Below are positions 39,300 through 49,925 of a stretch of 64,000 bases of DNA, piece after piece. The notes under the pieces are model-generated. The model was not told the DNA's origin. It did no database searches and worked only from the letters and a program-made list of their open reading frames with translations. This DNA comes from an uncultured Duodenibacillus sp. (GTDB taxonomy: Bacteria; Pseudomonadota; Gammaproteobacteria; Burkholderiales; Burkholderiaceae_F): positions 21,467 through 85,466 of the forward strand of contig CALXQS010000007.1 of the NCBI GenBank assembly GCA_944390715.1. The letters are read 5' to 3'. The position numbers were made by a program, and so were the translations under genes. Every line of letters begins with the position of its first letter. Within the stretch, counting starts at the first letter, position 1.

Positions 39300-41583
39300 A
39301 GGTTCCTGCCGTGGTAGGCATCGGAGTTGTCTGCTGATAGCCCTGGATGCTGCGCTGCAGTTCGCTGAGCGGGCTGGAGCCCAAAGAGCCAAGGCCGGTC
39401 AATTCTAATTGCAGGAAGAAGGAAGTTTGTTCTTCTTCCTCGTCGCGTGTGTAACGCTGTGCAACTGCGCGCAGCGTCCAGCAGTCGGCCTGGTATTCGA
39501 AGCCGACCAGACTTTCGATGAACTTGTTGTCGTAGAAGGAGTAGTTCTGGCGAGCCAGCGCATAGAGCCGGTTGGTCAGAGGCCACTGCACGGAAAGATC
39601 AATCTGGTTGATGTAGTCGTCAATGTAGCCGCGGCTGTTTTCGACATCAGACCAGTTGTAGCGGTAGTAGAGACCCACGACGCTCATCGGCCGCGGCTGC
39701 CAGCGGAAGCCCACCGTTGCCTTCTGCATGCTGCTGCGCTCCCAGGACCATTGGCCGTAGGCGGTGGCCTGCAGGGAACGCGTCAGACGCGCGCCGATGC
39801 TGGCCAAAAAGTCGCTTTTGCTCGGCTGGTCAACACGTCCGCCGCTCCAGCCGGTGGTTTCGTCGTTGAAGTAGTAGCGCTGGCCGATGGAGGCACGAAT
39901 CCACTCCAAGCCCGTCTTGTCGTCGATGAGGCGTGTCGTGATCGTGCCGCTGACCTGATTGGTTTCAGCGTAGCGGTCATACCCCGACCAGACGTTTTCC
40001 GAATAAAGCTGCGCGAAGTTGAAGTCGGCAATCGTCGAGTCAAAGACCGGAATGTCGGTTTGATCGCGATACGGCGTATAGGAGTAGAAGATGCGCGGTT
40101 CCAGAGTTTGAAGAATGTCGCGCGAGCCGACGCTCGTATTGCGCTCAAAAATCAGCCCTGTATCCAATGAGTACATCGGCAGCGTGAGCGAAGGAGAATC
40201 GTCGCGCGTGTCGTTGCGGTCGTAGTCCAGGTCGTAGCGCGTGCCGACGAGCTTGACTTTGGGCGTCACAAACCAGCTTGCGCCAAGCAGCGGATAACTC
40301 ACGTCCTGTTCAAAGACAAAGCGATTGCCGTTGGTTCTGCCTTCCCATGGATGAACAAAGCGCGTGGCATCGATTTTTGTATTAAGTTCAAATCCGTACA
40401 GGTCGGCAAAATAGGCGCCCCAGGTAAATTGAGGCTCTCTTTCGTAGGGCTTGTCGTTGTCGTTGATCGTCTGGTTTTTAGTAACGCGCAGCGCTGCCGT
40501 CCAGTACGTCGTGCCGTAGGTCAGCCAATAGTCCTGCGGCAGAATGTCTTCGGTGTTGTCGCGAATGCTCGAGGCAAAATCGTCGAGGAAGTCGTCGTCT
40601 GAGACCTGGTTGTAGTTCACGCCGTAATTAAAGCCGTTCCAGTGGCCGGAGAACTTGCCTTGAATGCTGTAGCGGTCTTCTCCGAGCTTGCGGTCGTGAG
40701 GCATGTAGTTGAGGTTCACCTCGGCCTCAAAAGATTCCTGCTTGATGCGGAATTCGTTGCCGAGCACGATGCCGCGCTTGGAGAGAAAGCGAGGAGCAAG
40801 CGTGTAATCGTAGTTGGGCGCGAGGTTGAAGTAGTACGGTATGGCCAGATCAAAGCCGCGCTCGGAGTTAAAGCCGAGAGTCGGAGACAAGAAGCCGGAC
40901 TTGCGCTTTCCGCTCAAAGGGAAGGTAAACCAAGGCGAGCCGAAGACCGGCACGCCGCCAAGCTTCAAGACGGCCCCAGTTCCTTCGCCGGATTCTTCAT
41001 ACTCGTCAAGCGTGAGCGTATCCATTTCCACCCACCAGCTGCGGTTGTCCTTTTTGCAGCTGGTGACCACGACGTCTTCAAATTCAGTGACGTCTGCCGA
41101 TTGAAAGCGCGCGCAGCCGGCCTCGCCCTGCAGTCCTCTCGGGCCGTAGTTGTACTCAATGTTTTGAGCTCCGCCCGTTTCATCATCAAGGTTGTAGGAA
41201 AACGCAGGGCCGGTGAACTTGGCGCCGTTGCGGGAGACGCTTGCATTGCCCTCGGTCGTCACCACGCCGGTGGCTTGCGTGTAGACGATTTTTTCGCCCG
41301 TGATGACGGTGCCGGCGCGGCGCACTTCCGCTTCGCCCGTGAGCGTGAGCTCGGTCTCGGGAGAGCCTTCAATAAAGTGAGCCGACGCAATCGACGGGGC
41401 GTTGTCTTCATCGACGGGAGCCGTGAGAAGATTCGTCCAAGAGCCAAGATCCACGCCGTCGGTCTCCAGCTGAGCGCTGTCAGTGCTTTGCTGGGCATGA
41501 GCGGCCGGCAGCATCGCGGCAAAGGCGGCTGCTACGGCAATCGAAAGCCTCAGAGGCGTCGGGCGCGAAGAATTTCGTTGCAT
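39283..41583 (-). CDS. lptD: LPS-assembly protein LptD
   Basis: OstA-like N-domain, PYYFNLAPNYD, LEPRIFY, LQLELTGL; lptD-surA-pdxA-rsmA synteny. Confidence 0.93.
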   Translation of the reverse strand: MQRNSSRPTPLRLSIAVAAAFAAMLPAAHAQQSTDSAQLETDGVDLGSWTNLLTAPVDEDNAPSIASAHFIEGSPETELTLTGEAEVRRAGTVITGEKIVYTQATGVVTTEGNASVSRNGAKFTGPAFSYNLDDETGGAQNIEYNYGPRGLQGEAGCARFQSADVTEFEDVVVTSCKKDNRSWWVEMDTLTLDEYEESGEGTGAVLKLGGVPVFGSPWFTFPLSGKRKSGFLSPTLGFNSERGFDLAIPYYFNLAPNYDYTLAPRFLSKRGIVLGNEFRIKQESFEAEVNLNYMPHDRKLGEDRYSIQGKFSGHWNGFNYGVNYNQVSDDDFLDDFASSIRDNTEDILPQDYWLTYGTTYWTAALRVTKNQTINDNDKPYEREPQFTWGAYFADLYGFELNTKIDATRFVHPWEGRTNGNRFVFEQDVSYPLLGASWFVTPKVKLVGTRYDLDYDRNDTRDDSPSLTLPMYSLDTGLIFERNTSVGSRDILQTLEPRIFYSYTPYRDQTDIPVFDSTIADFNFAQLYSENVWSGYDRYAETNQVSGTITTRLIDDKTGLEWIRASIGQRYYFNDETTGWSGGRVDQPSKSDFLASIGARLTRSLQATAYGQWSWERSSMQKATVGFRWQPRPMSVVGLYYRYNWSDVENSRGYIDDYINQIDLSVQWPLTNRLYALARQNYSFYDNKFIESLVGFEYQADCWTLRAVAQRYTRDEEEEQTSFFLQLELTGLGSLGSSPLSELQRSIQGYQQTTPMPTTAGTYDYYY

Positions 41584-41663
41584 TTGTTTGTATAGTTCGC
41601 AAGTTGATTCTTGGGGATTATAGGGAAAGGTCGGCAGGTCTCGCCTTTCCCGGCAAATGAAAC

Positions 41664-42689
41664 ATGACCGATTTCATCAAAGACAGCCGTTTTGAAGCGG
41701 CTCAAGCGTGGCTCTCGTCGCTAGATCAGGGACTGGAGCTCAGAATGGAAACCATGGCGCCGGCAAGCGCAGATGCGAGCTTTCGCCGATATTTTCGCAT
41801 TGAAGGAGCCGCCGGCACCTACATCGTGATGGATGCGCCGCCGCCGGTCGAATCCAAATCCGTTGATGCGTTTTTAAAAATTGATGCGCTCATGCAGCAG
41901 GCCGGCATGAACGTGCCGCGCATTTTCGCCTCCGACAGCGCGCAAGGATTTGTTCTCATGAGCGATCTGGGCAGGCAGACCTACCTTGATGTTCTCAATG
42001 AAGACAATGCTGCCCGGCTGATGGATGCAGCCACCGACGAACTCGTGCTCTGGCAGAAGGCTACGCGCGAAGGCGCATTGCCCGCGTACGATCACGCCAT
42101 GCTCAAGCGGGAAATCGATTTGTTTCCTGAGTGGTATGTCAAGACGCACCGCGCTTATGCGATGACCGACAAGCAGGCCGAGATCATTGCCCGCACGTTT
42201 GAAAAAATCATTGCGCACAATCTTTCCGAAGCGCGTGTTTTCGTGCATCGCGACTATATGCCGAGAAATCTGATGCCCGGCGAGAAGCTGCCTGGCGTGC
42301 TCGACTTTCAGGATGCGGTGCTGGGGCCGGTGTCCTACGACATTGCGAGCCTTATGCGCGATGCCTTCATCAGCTGGGGAGAATCCTTTGTGCTCGACGT
42401 CACCATCCGCTACTGGGACAAGGCGAGAAAAGCAGGCATCGCCGTGCCGGCCGATTTCGGCGAATTCTGGCGTGATGTTGAGTGGATGGGAATGCAGCGC
42501 CATCTCAAAATACTAGGAATCTTTGCCCGCATCAATTATCGCGACGGCAAGCCCAAGTATTTGGCCGATACGCCGCGCTTTCTGCACTACGTACGAGAAA
42601 CAGCCAATCGTTACGATGAGCTCAAGCCTGTGAACTGGCTTTTGGATCAATTCGAAGAGGTCAAGAGCAAAGGCGCCTGGACCTTCTAA
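41664..42689 (+). CDS. amgK: Anomeric MurNAc/GlcNAc kinase
   Basis: DASFRRYFR, HRDYMPRNL, DFQDA, QRHLKILGIFAR; paired with murU. Confidence 0.88.
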   Translation: MTDFIKDSRFEAAQAWLSSLDQGLELRMETMAPASADASFRRYFRIEGAAGTYIVMDAPPPVESKSVDAFLKIDALMQQAGMNVPRIFASDSAQGFVLMSDLGRQTYLDVLNEDNAARLMDAATDELVLWQKATREGALPAYDHAMLKREIDLFPEWYVKTHRAYAMTDKQAEIIARTFEKIIAHNLSEARVFVHRDYMPRNLMPGEKLPGVLDFQDAVLGPVSYDIASLMRDAFISWGESFVLDVTIRYWDKARKAGIAVPADFGEFWRDVEWMGMQRHLKILGIFARINYRDGKPKYLADTPRFLHYVRETANRYDELKPVNWLLDQFEEVKSKGAWTF

Positions 42690-42712
42690 TCATCAGCAGC
42701 CGGAATACAGAC

Positions 42713-43432
42713 ATGCGCGCACTGATTCTCGCCGCGGGCCGCGGCAGCCGTCTAAGACCGCTTACCGACGTCGTTCCCAAGCCGCTTGTTGAGGTTAACG
42801 GCACGATGCTTTGCTCTTGGCAGCTGGCAGCGCTCAAACGAGCGGGCATCAGCGAGGTGGTGATGAATACGGCGCATCTGGCCGATGCTTTTGAAGCACT
42901 GCCGGAAAAGCTCAAGTCAAGCGGCTTCAAGCTCAAAATCAGCCGCGAGGGCAGTGTCGAGGCCGATGCGCTTGAAAGTTTGGGCGGCATCGTCAAAGCG
43001 CTCGAGCTTTTAGCCCCAAACGGCACGGACGAACCCTTTTTGGTGCTCGCCGCAGATGTGGTGCACGACTTTGATCTGACTCTTCTGATTGAGAGGGCCA
43101 GCGACATTGCCCAGGGCAAAATCGATGCACACATAGTAGGCGTGCCGAATCCCGATTTTCATGCCGCGGGAGACATGACGATTTTTCCTGACGGCCGCAT
43201 TGTGCCTGGCCCCGGACCGCACACCTACGCCTGCATGATGATTGCGGCGCCGAGAATTTTCCGCGGTTTGCCGGTGCGGCGCGCCAAGCTTTTCCCCTGG
43301 CTGTGGGAGTTTGCTCGTGCGGGGCGCGTCACAGGAGAGGTCTTCAAAGGTTTTTGGGACAATGTCGGCTCCCCTGCCGAATTGGAGCGGCTCAGGGCAC
43401 ATCGCGAAGCGTTGCGCTGGGCGCGGTACTAA
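42713..43432 (+). CDS. murU: N-acetylmuramate alpha-1-phosphate uridylyltransferase
   Basis: ILAAGRGSRLRPLTD..PKPL; follows amgK. Confidence 0.85.
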   Translation: MRALILAAGRGSRLRPLTDVVPKPLVEVNGTMLCSWQLAALKRAGISEVVMNTAHLADAFEALPEKLKSSGFKLKISREGSVEADALESLGGIVKALELLAPNGTDEPFLVLAADVVHDFDLTLLIERASDIAQGKIDAHIVGVPNPDFHAAGDMTIFPDGRIVPGPGPHTYACMMIAAPRIFRGLPVRRAKLFPWLWEFARAGRVTGEVFKGFWDNVGSPAELERLRAHREALRWARY

Positions 43433-43516
43433 AAAAGACAAAGAGCCAGAGGAGTCCGCAGAGCAGCCCGGCAGCGGGCCTCATCGGAATCTTTCAAAAG
43501 AAAGCGTGAAAAAACC

Positions 43517-44614
43517 ATGAAAAACATGTTTGAGGAAGCGGTCTGCAAAAGCCGCGCATTTGCCTTGAAGCTGGGCGTTCGATTGCCCTTGATGAATGCG
43601 CCGATGAGCGATGCGGCCGGTCCTGAGCTTGCTGCTGCGGTCAGCAATGCCGGAGGACTGGGGGTTCTTGGCGCGGGCTTTATGTCGGGGGCTGAGATCG
43701 AGCAGGCCGTTGCGCGCGTGCGCAGCCTCACCGACAAGCCTTTTGCAGTGGGAGTGCGCATCCCGGTGCAGGGGTCTTCATCAAGCCTTGAGAGAGCAAA
43801 AAAAATGGCGCACGCTCTGGAGGATCTGGCTCTGGAGCTCGGCCTTGAGGAGCACTACGCTTGGGCAAAAATGCCCGACTTTGATGAACAGTTCGAAGCT
43901 TTCGTGTCTCTTGACGTGCCGGTGTTGATCACAAGCTTTGGGGGATTGCGCGAGATCTACGCGGAAAAGCTCGAACGTCTGGACGTGAAGGTTTTGAGCG
44001 CCGCCACGACATTGAGAGAGGCCAAGGTGCTGCGTGCTGCCGATGCTTCGGGCATCATCGTGCAGGGGGTTGAGGCAGCCGGCCCGAGGCTTAATTTCGA
44101 ACAGCCCGACAGTGCCTCGCAGGTTGGGCTTTTAAGTTTGATTGGCCCGGCAGCCCGCGCAACGGGGCTTGCAGTTGTTGCCGCCGGCGGCATTGCCTCG
44201 GGTGCTCAGTGGGCTGCGGCTATGGCGGCTGGTGCCAGCGGCGTGATGCTTGGGACGGCATTCGTGCGTGCTCACGAGTCGGCTGCCGCACAAGCTTTCA
44301 AGGATCAGCTGCCTTATACGACGGATGCGGCGACGAGGTTTGTGCGAACATTCGAGGGAAGACTTTCGCACGTTGCGGCCAATGGTTTGGTTGAGGCCCT
44401 AGAAGAGGCGGGAATTGTTCCTGGCGACTATCCCGAACAGTGCGAAATGATGCGCCCGATTCTGCTGGCTGCGCAAAAGGCCGGCCGTGCGGATTTGATG
44501 CAATTGGCTGCCGGTCAGGGGGCGCCTTTGGCTACGGCGGCTCCGGCAGCAAGCATCGTGCAGAGGCTTGAGTCTGAATTGGATGAGCTGCTGGGAGAGT
44601 CGCCGTTTGCTTAA
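43517..44614 (+). CDS. Nitronate monooxygenase/FabK-like flavoprotein with an atypical active site
   Basis: PLMNAPMS, AVSNAGGLG, AAGGIASG, GVMLGTAF; EAAGPR in place of EAGGH. Confidence 0.8.
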   Translation: MKNMFEEAVCKSRAFALKLGVRLPLMNAPMSDAAGPELAAAVSNAGGLGVLGAGFMSGAEIEQAVARVRSLTDKPFAVGVRIPVQGSSSSLERAKKMAHALEDLALELGLEEHYAWAKMPDFDEQFEAFVSLDVPVLITSFGGLREIYAEKLERLDVKVLSAATTLREAKVLRAADASGIIVQGVEAAGPRLNFEQPDSASQVGLLSLIGPAARATGLAVVAAGGIASGAQWAAAMAAGASGVMLGTAFVRAHESAAAQAFKDQLPYTTDAATRFVRTFEGRLSHVAANGLVEALEEAGIVPGDYPEQCEMMRPILLAAQKAGRADLMQLAAGQGAPLATAAPAASIVQRLESELDELLGESPFA

Positions 44615-44767
44615 CAGCAATGCAGTGCCCTCAAGGCTCAATGACTGTGAGCAGAGGCTGCGGCTTGCGTCAGCCTTGGCTGACGTAATCCGTTTTTAGA
44701 AGCAGAGAGGAGGCGGCGTTTGCTTCCCAGCATGAATGCAGGGTTTGCGCGTTGAATTACCATTGCT

Positions 44768-45418
44768 ATGAAAAGACTGAAAGTTCATCCCAACTGCGCG
44801 CTGATCGTGGTTGATGTGCAAAATGACTTTTTGCCGGGAGGCGCTCTGGCAGTGCCGGAGGGCGATGCGGTTGTAGAGCCCGTCAACAGCCTCATGCACT
44901 GCTTTGACCTTGTCGTTCTGACGGCGGATTGGCATCCGGCTGATCACGAAAGCTTCGCAGCCAATCATCCAGGAAAAAAGCCCTTTGAATCGGTGCGGCT
45001 CAACGGCGTGGAGCAGGTGCTGTGGCCTGCGCACTGCATTGCAGGTTCGTCTGGGGCGTTGTTTTCTGATGCTCTGAATGCCTCGTGCGCGGCTCTCATC
45101 GTGCGCAAGGGCATGCGAAAAACGTGCGACAGCTATTCGGCTTTTGTTGAAGCAGATCGTAAAACGCGAACTGGGCTTGCTGGCTGGCTCAGGGAAAGGG
45201 AGGTCGAAGAAGTTTATGTTTGCGGCCTTGCTCTTGATTTTTGCGTGAGTGCAACGGCCTTTGATGCGGCTGAGGCAGGATTCCAAACGACGGTGGTGCT
45301 CGATGCCTGTCGGGCCATCAATTCTGATGCTCAGTCGCTGCGCGAACTCGCCGATGCCTGGCATCAGGCAGGCATCCGTACGATGAGCTGCAGTGAAGTT
45401 CGAGAAAAACTGGCTTGA
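44768..45418 (+). CDS. pncA: Nicotinamidase/pyrazinamidase
   Basis: VDVQNDF, DWHPADH, WPAHC, RKG, DSYSAF, GLALDFCV. Confidence 0.93.
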   Translation: MKRLKVHPNCALIVVDVQNDFLPGGALAVPEGDAVVEPVNSLMHCFDLVVLTADWHPADHESFAANHPGKKPFESVRLNGVEQVLWPAHCIAGSSGALFSDALNASCAALIVRKGMRKTCDSYSAFVEADRKTRTGLAGWLREREVEEVYVCGLALDFCVSATAFDAAEAGFQTTVVLDACRAINSDAQSLRELADAWHQAGIRTMSCSEVREKLA

Positions 45419-45486
45419 GCCGCTGCGGCCGCTTTTTTGTTTTTGTTCACGCCTTTTGAGGGCAGCGTTCGGTCAAATTTTTTTGC

Positions 45487-46494
45487 ATGCAGATTGGTCC
45501 CTACAACATTGAGGGCGGCGTGGTGCTTGCCCCTATGGCCGGCGTCACTGATGCGCCTTTTCGCAGAATCTGTCTGCGCCGCGGCGCTTCGCTTGCGGTC
45601 GGGGAGATGGCTTCAAGCAAGGAGGGGCTGCGCACAACCGACATGACGATGCGCAGACTTGCCTGCGACGCGCAGGATCAGCTGCCGGTGGTTCAGCTGC
45701 TGGGCGCAGATCCATTGGAGATGGCCTCGGCAGCGCAGACGGCTGTTGCGTGCGGAGCCAAAATCATTGACATAAATTTTGGTTGTCCGGCGCGTGTTGT
45801 CTGCGGCAAGGCTTGCGGTTCGGCCATCATGCGCGAACCGCAATTGGCGCAAAGCATCATGCGCAGCGTGGCCGATGCCGTCAGCGTGCCGGTGACGGTC
45901 AAAATGCGCACGGGCTGGGATGAACATTCGAAAAATGCTCCGCTGCTGGCAAGAATGGCCCAGGACGCAGGATTGTCGGCTGTTACCGTGCATGGCCGAA
46001 CGAGAGCGCAGCGTTTTTCTGGCACCGTCAGCCTTTCAGATATTGCGGCTGTGGTGCATGCCGTTACAATTCCGGTCATCGCAAATGGAGACATTGACGG
46101 TCCTCAAGCTGCACTGCGAGCGTTGCGCGCAAGCGGTGCGGCTGCCGTCATGGTTGGACGCGCCGCCCGCGGCAATCCTTGGATTTTTCAGAGAATCCGA
46201 GCAGTGTGCTCAGGCCGACCTGATCCGGGAGAGCCCTCGCTCGATGAAAGACGGCTGACGGTGTTCGAGCATCTTGAAGAGCATCTGAAGTACTGGATGA
46301 GTGAAGGCTGCCAGGAGCGTTATGCCGTGCGCAGCTTTCGCATGCATCTGCGGCCGTATCTCAAAGAGGCTGCCTGCGCAGATGCCAGCGGCGCGGCCGG
46401 CAGACTGCTTGATGTGATCGTGCGTACCGATGAGGCGGAATGCCTCAGGGAAAATTTGGAAACATTTTTTTCATCGTTAAGAGAGACAAATTGA
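45487..46494 (+). CDS. dusB: tRNA-dihydrouridine synthase B
   Basis: LAPMAGVTD, INFGCP, VHGRT, ANGDI, GNPWIF; upstream of fis. Confidence 0.93.
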   Translation: MQIGPYNIEGGVVLAPMAGVTDAPFRRICLRRGASLAVGEMASSKEGLRTTDMTMRRLACDAQDQLPVVQLLGADPLEMASAAQTAVACGAKIIDINFGCPARVVCGKACGSAIMREPQLAQSIMRSVADAVSVPVTVKMRTGWDEHSKNAPLLARMAQDAGLSAVTVHGRTRAQRFSGTVSLSDIAAVVHAVTIPVIANGDIDGPQAALRALRASGAAAVMVGRAARGNPWIFQRIRAVCSGRPDPGEPSLDERRLTVFEHLEEHLKYWMSEGCQERYAVRSFRMHLRPYLKEAACADASGAAGRLLDVIVRTDEAECLRENLETFFSSLRETN

Positions 46495-46814
46495 CGCAGA
46501 CTGTGGACAATAACGGAAGCGCATCAACGCAATTTAAAAGCGTCGAAGAAATTCTTGCGCCCGGCGTCAGCGTCAACGACGCATTCAGCGCACTGGTGGT
46601 GCGACGTGTCGAAAGCTACGTAAGGGACCTCGAAGGAGTCAAGGGGCTGCCGATCTACGAAATGATCGTGACGGCCGCCGAGCGGCCCTTGCTTCGCTGG
46701 GCGATGGACAAGTGCGGCAACAATCAGAAGGCCGCGGCACAGCTTTTGGGAATTAACCGAAATACCCTGCGCAAGAAACTCCGCATGCACGGATTTCTGA
46801 GCGGGGACTTTTGA
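46491..46814 (+). CDS. fis: Fis-family nucleoid protein
   Basis: NNQKAAAQLLGINRNTLRKKL HTH; dusB-fis-purH synteny; TTG start inferred. Confidence 0.88.
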   Translation: MTQTVDNNGSASTQFKSVEEILAPGVSVNDAFSALVVRRVESYVRDLEGVKGLPIYEMIVTAAERPLLRWAMDKCGNNQKAAAQLLGINRNTLRKKLRMHGFLSGDF

Positions 46815-46829
46815 TAAGGAAATTAAGCA

Positions 46830-48386
46830 ATGAAAAAACAAGCTTTGATCAGCGTCTCGGACAAGACCGGCGTAGTTGAGTTCGCCCGCGGTCTGGTGGA
46901 GCTGGGCTACCACATCCTGTCGACGGGCGGTACGGCCAAGCTTCTCTCCGAGCAAGGCGTCGACTGCCAGGAAGTGGCTCAGTACACGGGCTTCCCTGAG
47001 ATGCTCGACGGCCGAGTCAAGACGCTTGATCCGCACATTCACGCCGGCATTCTTGCCCGCCGCACCGTTCCGCAGCACATGGCTGCGATTGCCGAGCACG
47101 GCATCGATCCGATTGACATCGTGTGTGTGAACCTCTATCCGTTCGAGCAGACGATTGCTCGTCCGGACTGCACGTTTGAGCTTGCCATTGAAAACATCGA
47201 CATCGGCGGCCCGACGATGATTCGTGCCGCTGCCAAGAATCATGAATCTGTGGCCGTGATTGTCGATCCTGCCGATTATTCTCGCGTTCTCGAGGAAATC
47301 CGCGCCAAAGGCGAGGTTGCTGCAGACACGCGCCTTGCGCTTGCCAAGAAGGTGTTCTGTCATACCGCCCGCTACGATGCGGCCATCTCGAACTACCTGA
47401 CGAGTCTCGATGAAGACAAGAAGAGCACCAAGCACTTCCCGGATGTCTTCACCCGTCAGTGGGTCAAGGTCCAGGACATGCGCTACGGCGAAAATCCGCA
47501 TCAGAAGGCTGCTTTCTATCGCGAACACTTCATCGCCCCTGGGCTTTTGGCCGGCTACTGCCAGCTGCAGGGCAAGGAGCTTTCCTACAACAATATTGCC
47601 GACAGCGACGCTGCCTGGGAAGCTGTCAGAAGCTTCTCAACTCCCGCCTGCGTGATCATCAAGCATGCCAACCCCTGCGGCGCAGCCATCGGCGTCAATG
47701 CGCTTGAAGCCTATCAGAAGGCATTCAAGACCGACCCCAAGAGCGCTTTCGGCGGCATCATTGCCTTTAACCGCAAGGTTGACGAGACCGTGGCCGCGGA
47801 AGTCTCCAAGCAGTTTGCCGAAGTTGTGATCGCGCCTGAATACACCGACGCAGCCCGCCAGATCTTTGCCGCCAAGAAGAATCTTCGCGTGCTGACGGTT
47901 GCCATGGGCGACGCGCACAATGAGTATGAGTTCAAGCGCGTCGGCGGCGGCCTGCTCGTGCAGACGCCCGATACGCAGATCTGCCCGGAAAGCGCGCTGC
48001 GCGTTGTGACCAAAAAGCAGCCGACCTCTGCTCAAATAGCCGACATGATGTTTGCCTGGAACGTGGCTCGCTTTGTGAAGTCCAACACCATCGTGTATGC
48101 GCACAACGGCATGACGCTCGGCGTGGGCGCAGGTCAAATGAGCCGCGTCGACTCGGCCCGCATTGCAGCCTTGAAGGCTCAGGAATCTGGTCTCTCGCTG
48201 CTTGGCAGTGCGGCGGCTTCCGACGCATTCTTCCCGTTCCGCGACGGCCTCGACGTGATCATTGATCAGGGCGCGACCTGCGTGATCCAGCCCGGCGGCT
48301 CGATCCGCGATCCTGAAGTGATTGCCGCTGCAGACGAGCGCGGCATCGTGATGGTCTTTACGGGTGAACGTCATTTCCGTCACTAA
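46830..48386 (+). CDS. purH: Bifunctional AICAR transformylase/IMP cyclohydrolase
   Basis: [40 protein letters not shown]. Confidence 0.98.
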   Translation: MKKQALISVSDKTGVVEFARGLVELGYHILSTGGTAKLLSEQGVDCQEVAQYTGFPEMLDGRVKTLDPHIHAGILARRTVPQHMAAIAEHGIDPIDIVCVNLYPFEQTIARPDCTFELAIENIDIGGPTMIRAAAKNHESVAVIVDPADYSRVLEEIRAKGEVAADTRLALAKKVFCHTARYDAAISNYLTSLDEDKKSTKHFPDVFTRQWVKVQDMRYGENPHQKAAFYREHFIAPGLLAGYCQLQGKELSYNNIADSDAAWEAVRSFSTPACVIIKHANPCGAAIGVNALEAYQKAFKTDPKSAFGGIIAFNRKVDETVAAEVSKQFAEVVIAPEYTDAARQIFAAKKNLRVLTVAMGDAHNEYEFKRVGGGLLVQTPDTQICPESALRVVTKKQPTSAQIADMMFAWNVARFVKSNTIVYAHNGMTLGVGAGQMSRVDSARIAALKAQESGLSLLGSAAASDAFFPFRDGLDVIIDQGATCVIQPGGSIRDPEVIAAADERGIVMVFTGERHFRH

Positions 48387-48550
48387 GGCCGCAGACAAGG
48401 GGAGCCGCAGACGCAGGAGCTCGAGGCGAGCTCGTGCGACCTCCTCAGAAAAAACAGCATCGCGCCGCGCCCATGCTCGCGGCGCGTGCTGGCAAAATGA
48501 AGCAGACTTTTTGAGTTTGTTCGATTGATTGATTAAGTGATTGGGTAGCT

Positions 48551-49843
48551 ATGACCGTTTTGTTGCAACGCCGCAGACTGCTGACGGCTGCGGGAGCCGC
48601 TGGTGTTTTTGCCGCGACGCCTGCGCTTGCTCAGCTCAATATTGAAATATCGGGCGTGGGCGCCAACCAGATACCGATTGCTCTGCAGCCTATGGCTGGC
48701 TCTGCGCAGCATCGCATGGACATTCTGCGCGTGGTCTCGGCAGACCTTTCGCGTACGGGCGACTTCCGCATGGTGGACGCGCCGGCAGAGGCAACGCTTG
48801 AAGAAAGCCGCCGGCCTGACTTTTCGGCTTGGCGCGGTAAGCAGGCCAACGTTCTTGCCACAGGCTCGTTCGACAAGCTCGCCGACGGCCGCTGGGAAGT
48901 GCGCTTTTATCTCTACGACGTGGTCCAGGAATCGACCGTTGATGAATGGGTGGCGGCGGCAAGCGAACAGAATCTGCGCATGCTCGCGCACCGCATCGCC
49001 GACCGCATTTACGAAAAGCTCACCGGCATGGGCGGATTGTTTTGTTCGCGTCTAGCCTACGTCGTGCAGCACTCTGCGCAGAGCTATGAGCTGATTGTGG
49101 CCGACAGCGACGGAGCTAATCCTGCGCCGGCGCTCAGAAGCCGCGAGCCGATCATTTCTCCGGCCTGGTCGCCAGACGGCAGACACCTGGCCTACGTGAG
49201 CTTTGAAGCGAAAAAGCCCGTGGTTTACGTGCATACTGTGGCTACCGGGCGCAGACGCGTTGTGGCCAATTTCCGCGGCAACAATTCGGCTCCGGCCTTC
49301 AGCCCCGATGGGCAGCATCTGGCGGTGGCGCTTTCGCGTGATGGCTATACGCAGATTTTCATGATCAAGACCGACGGCTCGGGCGTGAACCGCTTCTCGA
49401 GGTCGCTTGCAATTGATACCGAGCCCGTGTTTTCGCCCGACGGACAGTGGCTGTACTTCGTAAGTGATCGGGGCGGATCGCCGCAAATTTATCGTCAGGC
49501 GATCAGCGGTGGTCAGGCCGAGCGCGTTACTTTCGGCGCCGACTATGCCGTCAGCCCGACGCTGAGTCCCGACGGCGCGCAGCTTTGCTACGTCACTCGC
49601 GTTGACGGGCGCTACCGCGTTGCCGTGATGGAGCTTGCAACGGGACAGGAAAAGATTCTCACGGGCAACGATTTTGATGAGAGTCCGAGCTTTGCTCCTA
49701 ATGGGCGCATGATTGTATTTGCAAGCGAGCGCGGCCGCAAAGGCGTGCTCGGGACGGTCAGCATCGACGGTTCTGTTTCGGCATGGCTTTCGACGGCAAC
49801 CGGCGACATCCGTGAGCCGACATGGGGGCCGCTGCTTGCCTGA
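48551..49843 (+). CDS. tolB: Tol-Pal system beta-propeller protein TolB
   Basis: TolB N-domain plus PD40 repeats (SPAWSPDG, PAFSPDG, PVFSPDG). Confidence 0.95.
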   Translation: MTVLLQRRRLLTAAGAAGVFAATPALAQLNIEISGVGANQIPIALQPMAGSAQHRMDILRVVSADLSRTGDFRMVDAPAEATLEESRRPDFSAWRGKQANVLATGSFDKLADGRWEVRFYLYDVVQESTVDEWVAAASEQNLRMLAHRIADRIYEKLTGMGGLFCSRLAYVVQHSAQSYELIVADSDGANPAPALRSREPIISPAWSPDGRHLAYVSFEAKKPVVYVHTVATGRRRVVANFRGNNSAPAFSPDGQHLAVALSRDGYTQIFMIKTDGSGVNRFSRSLAIDTEPVFSPDGQWLYFVSDRGGSPQIYRQAISGGQAERVTFGADYAVSPTLSPDGAQLCYVTRVDGRYRVAVMELATGQEKILTGNDFDESPSFAPNGRMIVFASERGRKGVLGTVSIDGSVSAWLSTATGDIREPTWGPLLA

Positions 49844-49925
49844 GTGCGAGGCGCGCTGTTTTTTATAGATTTTTTCCCTTGCCGGACGCAAATCCGGCAG
49901 CGACAGACAAGAAAAGGACTTTTCA

